A stretch of DNA of 63,629 nt, counting the filler, from Choristocarpus tenellus KU-1152 (Eukaryota > Protista > Phaeophyceae): assembly GCA_964200185.2 (NCBI GenBank). It is 9 parts of 9 records of this genome, joined end to end, with 100 filler letters (N's around TTAATTAATTAA, not from the genome) between each part and the next. Parts side by side here need not be neighbours in the genome. Positions count along the whole stretch, not along the records: positions 9,173 to 18,279 come from CAXNAD020003976.1; positions 18,380 to 27,236 come from CAXNAD020004252.1; 7 more parts are not named here. One strand, 5' to 3'. This document shows, piece after piece, positions 11,705-23,767 of this stretch. The stretch's first letter is position 1, and each line of letters starts with the position of its first letter. Made by a program: the position numbers and the translations under genes. The notes under the pieces were generated by a model. It had not been told where the DNA came from and searched no databases. It saw only the letters and a program-made list of their open reading frames with translations.

Positions 11705-12958
11705 AGATCTCCGAGTTCATACTGTTGACTACAGGAGAGGAATGTCTAGGGAAGGGTCGAAATAGACGTAAGGTAACACGGCATAAGGCAGACTGCTCAT
11801 TGGTCATGACGCGCCATTAATTTAGTTGAAGGTAGTTTGAATAATCTGCCCATCACCTTCGGCTGGCATTTCTTGTTTTTTACATTTTTCTTTTTGATAG
11901 TGAATTTCATTTTGCGCAATCTGATTTTCGTAGTGGATTTTCTTATCTCCGATATATACAAATTTGGATATGTAATGGAAAGCATGTTTGTCTGTCGTTA
12001 TACCGTTATTGCCGTATGTCTTATACCGTCATATCGTTATACCGTTGTACCGATTGAGGTTCCTTGTCAAGCATCCATGATTCCACTGGCGGACCTTCCA
12101 TCAGAACGAAACCATGGAATCTCTTCACGAGAACAATCCCACAGACTTGGGACAGCTAATCATTCAGAGTTGTCACACATGAAAGATTCACTTTGTTCTC
12201 ACATCTTGACTTGTGGTGATGAAGCCCCATCCCTGAAGATGCTCATCACTCCTGAATTTGCGCTTTTCCAACCTTAACCTCTGTACCCTCGGTTACGGTT
12301 CGTCTTTGTTCGTCTGGTCCGTCTTGCCCGGTGATTCTCTTCGCCACCCTTGCCTGAGTGAATATCGCCGCCACATAATCACAGAATTCATAAAAGCCAA
12401 GATTGTGTTTTCTGTTCTGACTGGTCTTAAATTGATGCCATCCTGGAGAGGGGTCAGGTGAGAGGTTTTGTACTGTAGCAATGGCATGCATAACCAATCA
12501 CAATGAAGATTGATCCACATACCAGCATGCCCTAGTCTCATCTCTCACTTCCTTTCTCAACCTCCAATCTAGTGGTTCTCATTATTCTTATCATACAAAA
12601 CCACATCCCTTACCAGGAAAGGAAGTACATCGGAATAAATATACATATTTATGAATCGAAAATCGATCATTTTCATTAATCGAAATATAGTAAAATATAT
12701 ATTATTATCACCTTTCATATTTCGTTAGTATGTATTATTTTATTATTGTCAACGCAATCAATTCTTCAACAGTTCCGACTCAACCTTAAACAAAATCTGC
12801 CTGTTCGTTTTTTTATGTGTCTGGCTTTGTTTTGATTTTGACCATAGCAAGTGTGTAAGGGATCAGGAGAGGAAGGGGGTTCTCGCACAAAAACAATAGG
12901 CGAAGATTGATTTGAGAAAGATGAAAAACTATCAGTAGTTGGTGTCCAACTAACCCCT

Positions 12959-15900
12959 ATGAGAAAGAGGTCCAAGAAGTCCTCAGTAACGGGGAGGACG
13001 AAGAGGAAGGCAGGACAGGTACAAGCCCCAACAGGCGAAGAGGTCGATCAAGCGTTTAGTATGCTTACCTCAAGGGTATCATGGAGACGTTCAAGTGCCT
13101 TAGGGGCTATTTTTGCTATGTTCATTGCTTTACTATGTGGAGGAGCCCTTTCACTCTCAGGTGCTTGGGCGACGGGTGTAAGAGGCGAGGCCAACGCGAA
13201 GCATGAGCAGGTGTGAATATTTTAAGGATACATTGTCTATTCAAGAGTGCAACTTAGTCCAGATATATGTGTTACTCCTCTTTTCACCACTTAGGTACCC
13301 TCAAATGAATTTCCGCACCGTCCTCGGACAACATGATGAACAGCGCACATTCGATCGTCAGTACACCAGCTCAGCATCTGGTATCTCCATCCCATCCTTG
13401 CCTTGTTACAAACAACCAGAAGAAGCGAGAACTGATGCGGCGCCCGGAACTGAAGACACATGGGGGGAAGGTGAGTCCCGTTTTGTCAATTGAAGAAGGG
13501 AGAGAACTCTAAGCCGAACAAGCAAAATCATGGATAGTGGTGACCAATCCGACTTGAAATGGGAAGGTTTGCGTTCGCACATCGGCGCGTGCATAGTTCC
13601 CACCTCTGTCGCATCTAAAAGTACCAGGTGTAGTTGACTTGGAGTATGTGGTGCCCATTGTAAGCAGATTCGTGCCACGTCATGACCTAATGGAGCCCTC
13701 CCCAATTGTCCTTCCACCCAGGATTCTCGAACTGAGGGCAAGAAGTACATTGTACTGGAGGAGTACCCCCATGATCAGGAAGCTTTCACGTAAGTTTTGT
13801 TAATGTGCTACAGGTATTGTAGGAGTAGGTTTATGGTCTCTGTAGGTGTTGATTGTTCGTGGATTTGTACACTGAAGCGCTAACTATGGACGATGAAATA
13901 ACCAGGAGAGATTGTCGATGACACTTAAGAGGAAATGCGAGGAAGTTGCTTCGCAATGGGTCCAATCGATTGAATGTATTGGGGTCATCTCTTTCTTCTT
14001 GCTACTTGACTATTATTTGTGTTAATCGAAATATTTGGTGTGCATAATGCAAATTACTATATCAGCTAAACAACCCCTGATGTGGCCAATTACATCAAAC
14101 ACGTGCACTTAGCACAAAATGAAGCACTCGAAACGCTGAACGCCCTAGGGAGCTGCGAGGAAATTACAGCAGATCATGCGGTGGGTAAATGCACGAGAAA
14201 ATAAATAACGAAATATCTCGATTTTTAATGTTGACGATCTTTCATTACCTTACTCGTATTTATTCGCAACATCTATTATATCTCTGCTTGAAAGGGGTAG
14301 TTACTTTTGTATCCCTCCTGTTTCTGATGTGATGGGATGGAGGATGAATGAAGAGAAGTTCACTATCAAGCAGACAATATGTAGGCGGTTATCCTCCTCA
14401 TGGGACAAGTGGTCTTTTTAGTGAGGCTACTGCTGAGGTGGATGATCATTATCTGCAAAGGAGATCGAAAAGGAAAGTGTCTTCAGAGTAAACCATCGTG
14501 TGCAATGAACATGGTCAAGGCAGCCTCTAGAATTTGTGGACGAGATGGAGGATTGCAAAAAGAGGTCCCCCCCTCCCCTATCATAACCCGTGGGGTGGGA
14601 TCACTTAACCACCCCCAGTCTCATCCTGGGCTGATGTAGTGCTGTGTGCCTCAAGAGTACAGAACAGAGTGCAGTGGTTGGCACATGTGCTTAGAGCCTG
14701 TTCTTATGAACTGTGCTAATACAATGTGCTGTATGCTTGTACATTGTAATTGTATAGACTGATCCTATTGAGTAGGGACTGGAACAGTTGTCTCAAATTC
14801 CCACATCAGACTATCTAGATAGTTTTCAAGCAAAATATTTTGAAGATTGGTTGCTGGTTGCGAGAGTATTTTGCAACTGTGATACAATTGAATTTTGAAA
14901 TTGAATTTTGAAAAAGTTTGTGACTGAATGAAAAACTGGATTCTCCTAAATTTTCCAGGGTATTTCACTGGGCCGGGCAAATGTGAATGGTGCGCTGGTC
15001 TGGTTCCATATTTCCTGACATGTCTGGACCAGGCCCTCCAATATTTCTAAGGTCCAGTCTATGGACTGGTCTGGTTCCATTGTTGTTATGAGGGCTGGTC
15101 CAGGGTCACCAGAATTTTGGCCAGGCGAGGAGGTAGACCTTGTTTAAAAATGAACAGTACCTGACTAGGCCTGAATAAGCTGAGTGGATGTGGCTGGAAA
15201 GGTTTTTGAAATCCGCAGTTTTTTCTGCCTGAATTTGAATATTTGGGGAGCCAGCCCTATGTCCTTAGCAAGGTTGGCCTGACCCATCTTGACCAGGCTG
15301 GCCCAGTTCCAATACCTCTTTAATAGGACTGGGTCTGGGGTAATTGGAGATTTTGATGAGAATGGATATGGAGCTGGTGTGGTGCCAATACAGATGCCCG
15401 GCGTGTTGACAGGCCTGGAAATTTCATAATATTTAATGGCAGTGGGTTCCTCTAGGTATCACGGTTCAGAACATTAAAAAGCTTATCTCATAGCTGTTTG
15501 TTCTTCAATATATGAAGACAAGGAAGCCCTGAAAGATATGCCCCACTCGAAGAGTGACAGTGGGATTTGATTATTACCATGGCACACAGTGGAATACTAA
15601 GCTCAAAGTCAACGGCTCAGCTGCTTTGTGTGTAGGAACTTCCAACTCGAGGTGCACATTGCGCTTTCAACTTCACCCTCTGGTGATGTCCAACTCCTCC
15701 CAAATCCAAGGCACCAGTCAGATGGAGAACGCAAATGCTTTTCGTATCTGCTTAACACTTCAACTTCAACTTCAAGTGCGCTTGTCGCCTGTCTGTCTGG
15801 TGCCGTTTCTGATCAATCACAACATACCAACCAGTCCTTCTATGGCAAGTTTGCAAGGCTGAATGAAAATCTTGTTGTCAGAGAAATTTTCGTATTATGA

Positions 15901-17933
15901 CTGATAATATAATATTACTTTGGTTGAAAAATAATAAAATGATAGATCAGACAGTGCTCTTGTTTAGAAGAAATTCAGGGACCGAGTTGTAGGTGTTACT
16001 TCATTTTTTATTTTATTTTTTGGATGTGCTATCTGTCAACTGATAGCACATTAGTTCAATGTCTAGACTTGAGACCCTCCTTGCCACCCCCCCGCCCCCT
16101 CCCCTGTTTTTACCTGTGATGTGCTGTTTGAAACACCTATGTCCTCATCGTTTCCAGTCAGGGCCTTTCATTCCACGGTGGCTACCTCTATGAAAGCACT
16201 GGGTTGAAGGGGGGCAAGTCGTCAGTACGAAGGGTAGAGGTCACAAGTGGTGCCGTGTTGGCAGACGCCAGGTTGGAGAATAAATACTTTGGGGAGGGTA
16301 TGACCATCCTCAACAATGAAGTGAGAACATTGTGTTGACTGATTTTTTTTGTCAGTGAGGTGTTGTGGGGAAGGGGGGGTTAGTAGACAGCAAGTGATAG
16401 GGGGGTGCTGGAAGGCGTACAGGGTTAAAGGGAATGATGTGATGGCTGCTTTCCTTTCCAGGAAGGTGTGGTGTGGTATGTTGGGGCCTAATGTGGGTAT
16501 GAGAACGTGTGACGGGATGAGAAAGTGCTGGTGTAGTTCAAGATGGGATTGCGATACGAGGGAAGACAGCTGGGGACGGGCTGAGACGAGCAAAGCCGAG
16601 CATGTAGTTTTTTTATTGACGCATGTGGAGTAGCTTCTTCTTTGCAGTCGAGGATTCGCTGGGTGCTGATGTCTAAATTATTTTTTATTCCTTGGCACTT
16701 CGGTGCAGTAGTACACCGTGCTCATTCGTGCGCCTACAGAGGTACTTTTGGTGGATTTTTTTTTTTTGTGTGTGTGTGTGTGTAGAGTATTACTTTGACA
16801 AAAAAAATATAGTTCCTACTATTACTACTGTTTTTTGTTTAAAATGTTTTTTTGTTTTTAATTTGCACACCGCTTGGTTGTCAGATTACATCGCTCACGT
16901 GGCGAGAAAAGAAAGGATTTGTGTGGGACCTTGACACCTTGACCCGCAAGGGGGAGTTCTCCTTCAGGTAAATATATAAATATATATATATATGTAATTT
17001 TTATTTTTTAAGAAAAAGAACAAAAAATGATGTTTTCGACCATTGAACGGAACCACGTTTGTTGCTGTAGGGAGTGCTGAGTTTGTAGGTGCTGGCATCG
17101 AGGGCGCATTGCAATTAGGGGCGGTGTTGTTTGGTTAGGGTTAGGGTTACTAGTGGGACGTAAGAATGTGTTCACCGAGGTGTTGAACCAGATTTTCAAG
17201 GTTGTCTGGGTGTCCATGGGGTCATACTTGTGAAGAATGGGAGTGGTGAGGTAGGTTTTTTTTTTGCGTAGCTGTAGTTGTGTGTGTAAAGTGAAGGGGT
17301 TCTCCGTGTGAGTTGGTGTAGGAAAGGCAGATTGCAGTGGCAGTTGGGTCTGTTGGGGGACGGTTTTGTGCTGTGATGGTCCCATGGCAAGGGTTGCAGG
17401 TGGTGTTGGGTTTTGGGGTTAGGGTGAACCAGTCAATGGGGGGAAATGGAAGGGCTAGCACTGATCTACTTGTTTTATGTAATCATTGTGCATGAAATCT
17501 ACTTTTAAAAAAAAGAAGATACTTGGGTGTTTTGTCCATGGAGAGGGAGATTTGTATGCTCGGGTGCATTTATGGATGATTGCGTGTGTGTGTGTATCTT
17601 GGATGTAAAGAGAGGATAGCATTGTTCTTGCATATGTTCTCTTCAGTAGAAAATTGATGTGCTTCTTCAAGAATCTTGATGTTACACCGTGGAGAAACGC
17701 TGTTTTTTTCTGTTCTTTTTTCTTTTTACTTACCTTCAACCCCCTTCTATCTCCCCCTCCCCCTCCCCCTCCACCCATTCACACCTGTAATACGTGATTC
17801 TATGGTGGATAGAACCAAGACGGGTGAGGGCTGGGGCATTACCACAGACGGAAATCAGCTAATCATTAGCGATGGTTCAAGCACACTGTTCTTCTGGGAC
17901 CCAGTGACTAAGGAGGAGCTGCGGAGGGTTGAT
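12959..17933 (+). CDS. QCT: Glutaminyl-peptide cyclotransferase (type I, plant/bacterial beta-propeller QC), 3' truncated by contig end
   Basis: Exons 12959-13210, 13420-13470 (less certain), 13722-13789, 16158-16320, 16885-16967, 17813-17933 with phase-compatible GT-AG junctions. Motifs [30 protein letters not shown] and SDGS; N-terminal hydrophobic anchor. Confidence 0.9.
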
Positions 17934-18279
17934 GTAAGCACTTCTCTTGACATTGTCTGGCTCTTTAGTGCAAATTGTCCCCTACTCCCCCACCCCCTCT
18001 CTCACAATCTCTGCTCCTATACTCTCTCTGCCCAACCCCGACCCCCCTTCTGCCCCCTCCCCCCTTCTCTCGTTTCGATTTTAAAGTCCATCAACAAGAC
18101 TTGAGCAATTGTAAATTCTTGTTCAGTTTTCAAGTTCTGTGAAACCTCACTCGCAAACATCCTTCTTTCACAAATGGTTTACAATGCAGAGGGTAGGACA
18201 TGGTTATTGTGGTTTCCTTCTACAGTTAGGGGTCTACACTATGTTCTCGAGTCATTCACTTTGATGATCATCCCCCCCC

Positions 18280-18379
18280 NNNNNNNNNNNNNNNNNNNNN
18301 NNNNNNNNNNNNNNNNNNNNNNNTTAATTAATTAANNNNNNNNNNNNNNNNNNNNNNNNNNNNNNNNNNNNNNNNNNNN
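18280..18379. other. Assembly spacer
   Basis: N44-TTAATTAATTAA-N44, followed by a MITE end (CCCCAGATACTTTGGGTC, 18380-18403). Confidence 0.98.
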
Positions 18380-20771
18380 CCCCCCCCCCAGATACTTTGG
18401 GTCACTGATTGATTTAGACCCAGCCTTAACATGTTCAGAAAAGGAGTGACGAGATGTGTATATTCGCATAGAATAATACTACTTAATACCAACCATGCGA
18501 TGTATACACTCTTTAGAATTACATCCTCCCACAGGATTAATCATTTTGGAGGGTGGTCAACATTGGGTTTCTTGTGATGTGTAGGCCCTGCTGGATATGT
18601 CAATGTGGGTAACCTGTCAACAACGATCCTAGCCCGAGTCAAAAAAAGAGGCCTTCCATATGGTAGTTGATACAGAGTGATAGGCGACCATGACTTCCTA
18701 TATGATGTATTGAATCCCATGTCTACAACATGAGTTCATCCCTCCATTATAGCTAGTCTACTCATCTTCATCGTTACAAATAACGCACCTAATAACATGC
18801 TGTTTGAAAAGTTTAGCGCGCGTGACAAGCTGTTACACTTCCTAAAAATAGAGTGTTTCTTAAGTACCTAAGTATATTAGAAATTAGGTTTCGAGACTGA
18901 TTATTACGCCTATTCACCGATTTTATGTCGTGAATTGCGATAAAATTCCAGAAAATTTCGGACCATTAGGTACATTGATATTTAATATGCAACTGACATT
19001 TTGCATATTCGTTGTGAGAGAAAAAAGTTGAAGATGGCAGTTTCAAAAACATTCTATTCAGGAGTGGTCACTTCCAAAAGATTTCTAGAAAAAAAGTTTG
19101 ACTATAAAAAACAAACAATGGACACATATTATTATGCCTATTCACATGTTGTTGGGATTGTCATGTAGAAGCAACAATAAAACATTAATTGCTTTCCTAG
19201 CTCCTCATCAGGTGCAGGATCAACCTAGGTTGGAGGCACAGGAAGGCAGTGGTGCAGCATTGATGGCAATAAAATAGTAAATAGATTAATATCTTTCACA
19301 AATACAACTATTACTTTTTAAGGGGGTTTTCTGACATATGAATTGTTTTCATTGGTTTTCCCTTGATACATATGTTAAATATGAGAGGGATAATAGTAAG
19401 TAAAATATCAAGGTGAGAAGGGAGGAATAGTAGGACAATAGATAAATTTGAAGAGGAAAGATCATGTAAGGAATAGTGTAGAAAAATATGAAATTACTCT
19501 ATGATGTATTATACAATCACGTACACGAAATCGGAAAGGACAATTTGTATTATAATTGTTTCGGTTTTCTCATTGGTCGAGAATAATATTGGAATTTTCC
19601 TTAAGTAACCCAACTAAGTTTTGACTTGGTGAAATTTTAGTCGTATCATTTCATATCGATTTGCGGTTTTTCCAGTCAACACCAGTTCAGAACACAATCT
19701 TAGTGAGTAGGCGGAACAGTCTGTTGTCCTGGAAGCTGATTTTCTAGGTATCCTTAAACACTATAATTTTTGCAAGGAAGTGCGACAGATTGTCACCCTC
19801 GCTAAAAAAAACTCTAAAAGCGCCTTTTTTTGAGGTGTTACTGGCTGGCAATGGCGAGAATAAGTACTCTCGGTAAAAAGAACGTTCCATGAATAATAGA
19901 GGGGTGAATCCATACCGTAGATATAGGTGTTACTACTGCGTCATACCAAGTCGTTTTCGCCTGTCAGATTGTATCAATTCCTCTGTGAAAGGCCTCTCTC
20001 TTTTGACCCATGCAGTAGAAGTGTGTATTAGAATTAGTAGTGCAGCGTGTAGTGCATGTGACTACGGATGGGCCAGGATAGTCCCCACCCAAGACAGGGA
20101 TTGCTTTTGGGGGGTGAGATGGAGCGTCGTTAGGTTATTTGAGCACATTTTCAGGATGTTCTAGTACGGACACCCTCAAACCAAATTGCTGGGGCAGGTA
20201 GTGTCATTTGTCGTGCCCTGCACCACACAACGACAAAGCTATGTATTATCTTCTCTTTTCCGTTACTATACCTACACCCATCGTTTAGGGGTACTTCCCT
20301 GTGCTTGCACCCGGTGTCAGACATTGAGCGGGCGATATCCCTCCTCAGTGATATTTGGGTTGGTTTGCACTCCTCAGTAGTACCCTCAGCAACTGATGCT
20401 CGTTTGACCATCTAGGAACTCTGAGGGGGTTCATGGTCTATTTGTGCACACGGGGACAGTAAGGACTTTCCTTCTTCCGATTGTCTGATGTGTGGAAAGC
20501 TCCTTGATGATGGGATGGGGGATTCACATCTTACTCAACGCAACCAAAGGAACTGAGATGGGTGTGTCGTCTGTGCTCCATTTTTGTTTCTGTGTTCATG
20601 TATGTCCTTCCTCACACTAACATGTGCCCACGACACTCTTTCTCTTCCGGGTGCCCCTTACAAAATCCTCTTGTGCGCTTGATCTGTACACCTCAGGCAG
20701 CATTTGTTTCCTTACACTTTGTCAACAGATGTATGAACTATGTCGCTAATATATTGGTCATTCAGAAAAAA

Positions 20772-20945
20772 AACTCGAAGTATCTGCGGGGGTTGGTGGC
20801 TGTCCATTTGGGGCCAATTTTTTTCATGTCGCGATTTTGGGGTGATTTGGTTCCATACGTTGGATGGATAATGAAAGTGCACTTTTCCTGGTTTTGGTTC
20901 AAATGGACATTCTGGTGTAGACCCCCCCCCCAGATACTTTGGGTC
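20772..20945 (-). mobile_element. MITE subfamily B (about 175-190 bp)
   Basis: Ends ..GAAGTATCTGCGGG / CCCCAGATACTTTGGGTC. The body is the reverse complement of the 21517-21704 copy. Flanks aaaa/aaaa. Confidence 0.85.
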
Positions 20946-21516
20946 AAAATGGATTATCAAACAGTATAATAGTCCTAACTACAGTACAGGTAATATATGG
21001 AGACTGAACTGTTCCACTGTGATGTATGAGCTCTATTCCTCAATCATAATCTGTTACAGGCGAATAGCACGAGTATTTCTTCCTGCGCTTTAACCGGCGC
21101 GAGCAGTGTACGTGCGTGGGGAACCCCAAAAGAGGGTCTCCGATTTGCTGAAAAGTTGCAGAATAAAATCTGTAACTCGGGAAAGTCGCAAGGGTTCCCT
21201 GATGAAAAGATCGCAAAGGTTCTCAGATATATTCCAATGTCTATAGACCAAAGAAGCCCCAACGATAAATGATGATAAGAGATCCTAAAAACGGCTCCAA
21301 ACAGCTCAGTTCTTCTGTCCTAGAGACCCTACTTAACTCTCTTACTGATATCGAAGAATATTCCTTTGTCTTGTGCTAATTGATTTATTGAGAGTACCCC
21401 TGTTCTGCTGAGCTGACGTTCGTTAATCTGTGAATTGGAGCTACCTATCCTGTGGAGGTAAGTTTCTGGAGCGTGCCTGTAACAAATCCGTAATGGACGT
21501 ATTCCTGATGTCACGA

Positions 21517-21704
21517 GACCCAAAGTATCTGGGAGGGGGGGGGAATCTGCACCTGGGTGTCCATTTGGGGTAAAACCAGGAAACATGCACTTATTATCCA
21601 TCATTATCCATCCAACGTATGCAACCAAATCACCCGAAAATCGCGACATGAAAAATTGACCCCAAATGGACAGCCGCCAACCCCCCCCCCAGATACTTTG
21701 GGCC
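21517..21704 (+). mobile_element. MITE subfamily B
   Basis: GACCCAAAGTATCTGGG...CCCAGATACTTTGGGCC; flanks ACGA/ACCA (degenerate 4-bp TSD). Confidence 0.85.
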
Positions 21705-23065
21705 ACCAGCAGCACTTGGATATTCGATATGTTAGGAGTTTTTGACGTCGAAGTGTATCCAAGAGATATTTTCCGATTGAACCCTTTTTGGGTGCTTTTC
21801 CTAATCACTGTCGACCCATCAACTATAATGTCCGTCCAAATGTACTATCTCATTGTGTAGTGTCTCATTATAGATGTCTCATGGACTGAGACCAAACATA
21901 GACCGACTCAGAAAAAGGAAGAACACCATGCCAATCCTATTTTATTCAGATTGTCTGTGGACTACTGTATTTCTCAAGTGTTTTTCAGAGTAGAAAAAAA
22001 TTCTTTCTTTGCAATTATGAGCTCTGTCATGGGTACAGTACAGTACTTGGTACCCTTCGTTCACCTTTTCGTGATTTCACTCCCTACTCCATTCACTTTC
22101 CAATCCTCAACCCTTCACCGGACCAGATTATGAAGAGTATCATGATGCTGTACTTCTTTCAAATGGATATCCCAGGAACTATTGTACGATAAGACAGCAA
22201 AAAATGCTATTAATATGTAACATATCCGAACTTGACCTGGAGGTACATGAGGAGATCATTGACTGAGCTGCACTATTTGTCAAGCAAGGAAGCTGAGAAT
22301 GTCCTCCCTGCAGAGTGCGCCTCTCCCCCTAGTACGTCGTTAGAAGGGATACGTACTAATATGAATGAGTTGTATGTATATACCATTCCCTCTAACTTCT
22401 TTATGTTATTGCAGTGACCCGTTTGTACTTCAGCGTGGACTTGGTGATACTACAATAAAATATTATGTTGTAGGGGGGGTCGTCACCAGTTTGTCCCAAA
22501 TTGCTTGAAAAGTATCACCTCAAACACCATTATTTTCATAGTCCAAATTCAGGTATAGGTTTAAAAAATGTCTATAGTGAAAGTTTATGAAGTAATCTGA
22601 GTTTTGTGGGTGGAAGAATTATGGTTGGTGGGGGGCACAGGACAAGGGAAGGTAGTAGAAAGAAAAAGAAAGAAGCAGGAAGAGAAAGAGTAGTTAAGGA
22701 ATGACTGGCTAAGAGAAGGGGGAAAAGGATAAAAGAAATGAGTGGTAGGAAGAGGGAAGGAGAAGGAGTGTCCAGTATCTAGTAAGAGGGCTGAGAACCA
22801 GGGGTACAGGATGAGGAGGGTGAGACCAAGACAACCTCTGAGTAAGCTCTCCCGCACACCCACCCTGTCGCTTGCTCACAACCGACAGGAACACTGGGTA
22901 AGGGGGGGGGAGGTCAAGTTCCGGCGGTGTAGATGTCTTCTAGCTCAAAGGCACGGTTTGAAGTGGATCATGAAGGGGTGTTCTTGGATGATTGTGGTGT
23001 GGTGTTAAGCGGTGTGGGAACTGCTGTGGGGTTGAGGGGAGTGATATCTTGTGTGGGGTTGAAAG

Positions 23066-23350
23066 GTGGGGGGGGTGACTGGAAATCAGGGGCGAAGGGG
23101 GTTCGCACTGGTTGGTCATCAAATAATGTGGGGGATGGCTGGAAATTATTGACGAAGGGCATTCGCACTGTTTGGTCATCAAATAAATATGGGGGATGAC
23201 TGGAAATCAGTGATGAAGGGCATTCGCACTGGTTGGTCACCAGAGGTAGGGGGTGACTGGAAATCAGGGGCGAATGGGTTACACTGGTTGGTCACCTCAT
23301 GGGGGAGTAAATAGGAAATCAGCGGCGAAGGGGTCGCGAGGGGCTGGTCA
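23066..23350 (+). repeat. Minisatellite, about 5 units of 55-62 bp
   Basis: Unit GGGGGTGACTGGAAATCAGGGGCGAAGGGnTTCGCACTGGTTGGTCA(TCAAATAAT) repeated in tandem. Confidence 0.85.
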
Positions 23351-23767
23351 GAGGAAGGAAGACATGGGAAAGGAAGGAATGGAGAATAGGGGAATGGCAA
23401 ACAAGGAATAAACTAATAATAATAATCCAGAATTCATGAGTAAAACGAAGTATATTTTTATTACTACAATCTCTCTCTTTTCTGTTTTACAAAGAATACA
23501 ACGATGTTCCGTTTTGAACGACCGCCTGACTTGGAGTGACGATTGGATATGAGGATTGTCTACCCGATTTACATTTATCTATATATTTCAACACAACTAC
23601 AACCAACTACTGTAGTTTGACTCATAACACAAAGTTATGAGAAAATCGGATCTACGACACACACAACGTCCTTAACTTGATCCTACCTCAAAACTCAAAA
23701 CATATTTGACAGGTTTGAAACCTGCTCCTAACTCAGGAACCAAAGAACCCAGTGGGTAAGCTGTGGA

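Noticed and set aside
12246-12541. Minus-strand ORFs upstream of the QC gene
   Set aside because: No recognisable domain or consistent splice model.
14960-15400. Repeated GCTGGTCTGGTTCCA-like motifs in a QC intron
   Set aside because: Probably a decayed repeat; neither ends nor periodicity could be defined.
20562-21860. ORFs of 60-160 aa with similar peptides recurring at 27413, 31157, 32846, 53654, 54895 and 56594
   Set aside because: They are translations of non-coding MITE copies.
18380-23000. Continuation of the glutaminyl cyclase gene after the gap
   Set aside because: No exon with the expected LNELE/ANVW motifs was found; MNELY at about 22361 lacks the surrounding context.
23066-23350. 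CRISPR-like array
   Set aside because: The units are contiguous diverged tandem copies without unique spacers; there are no cas genes and the context is eukaryotic.
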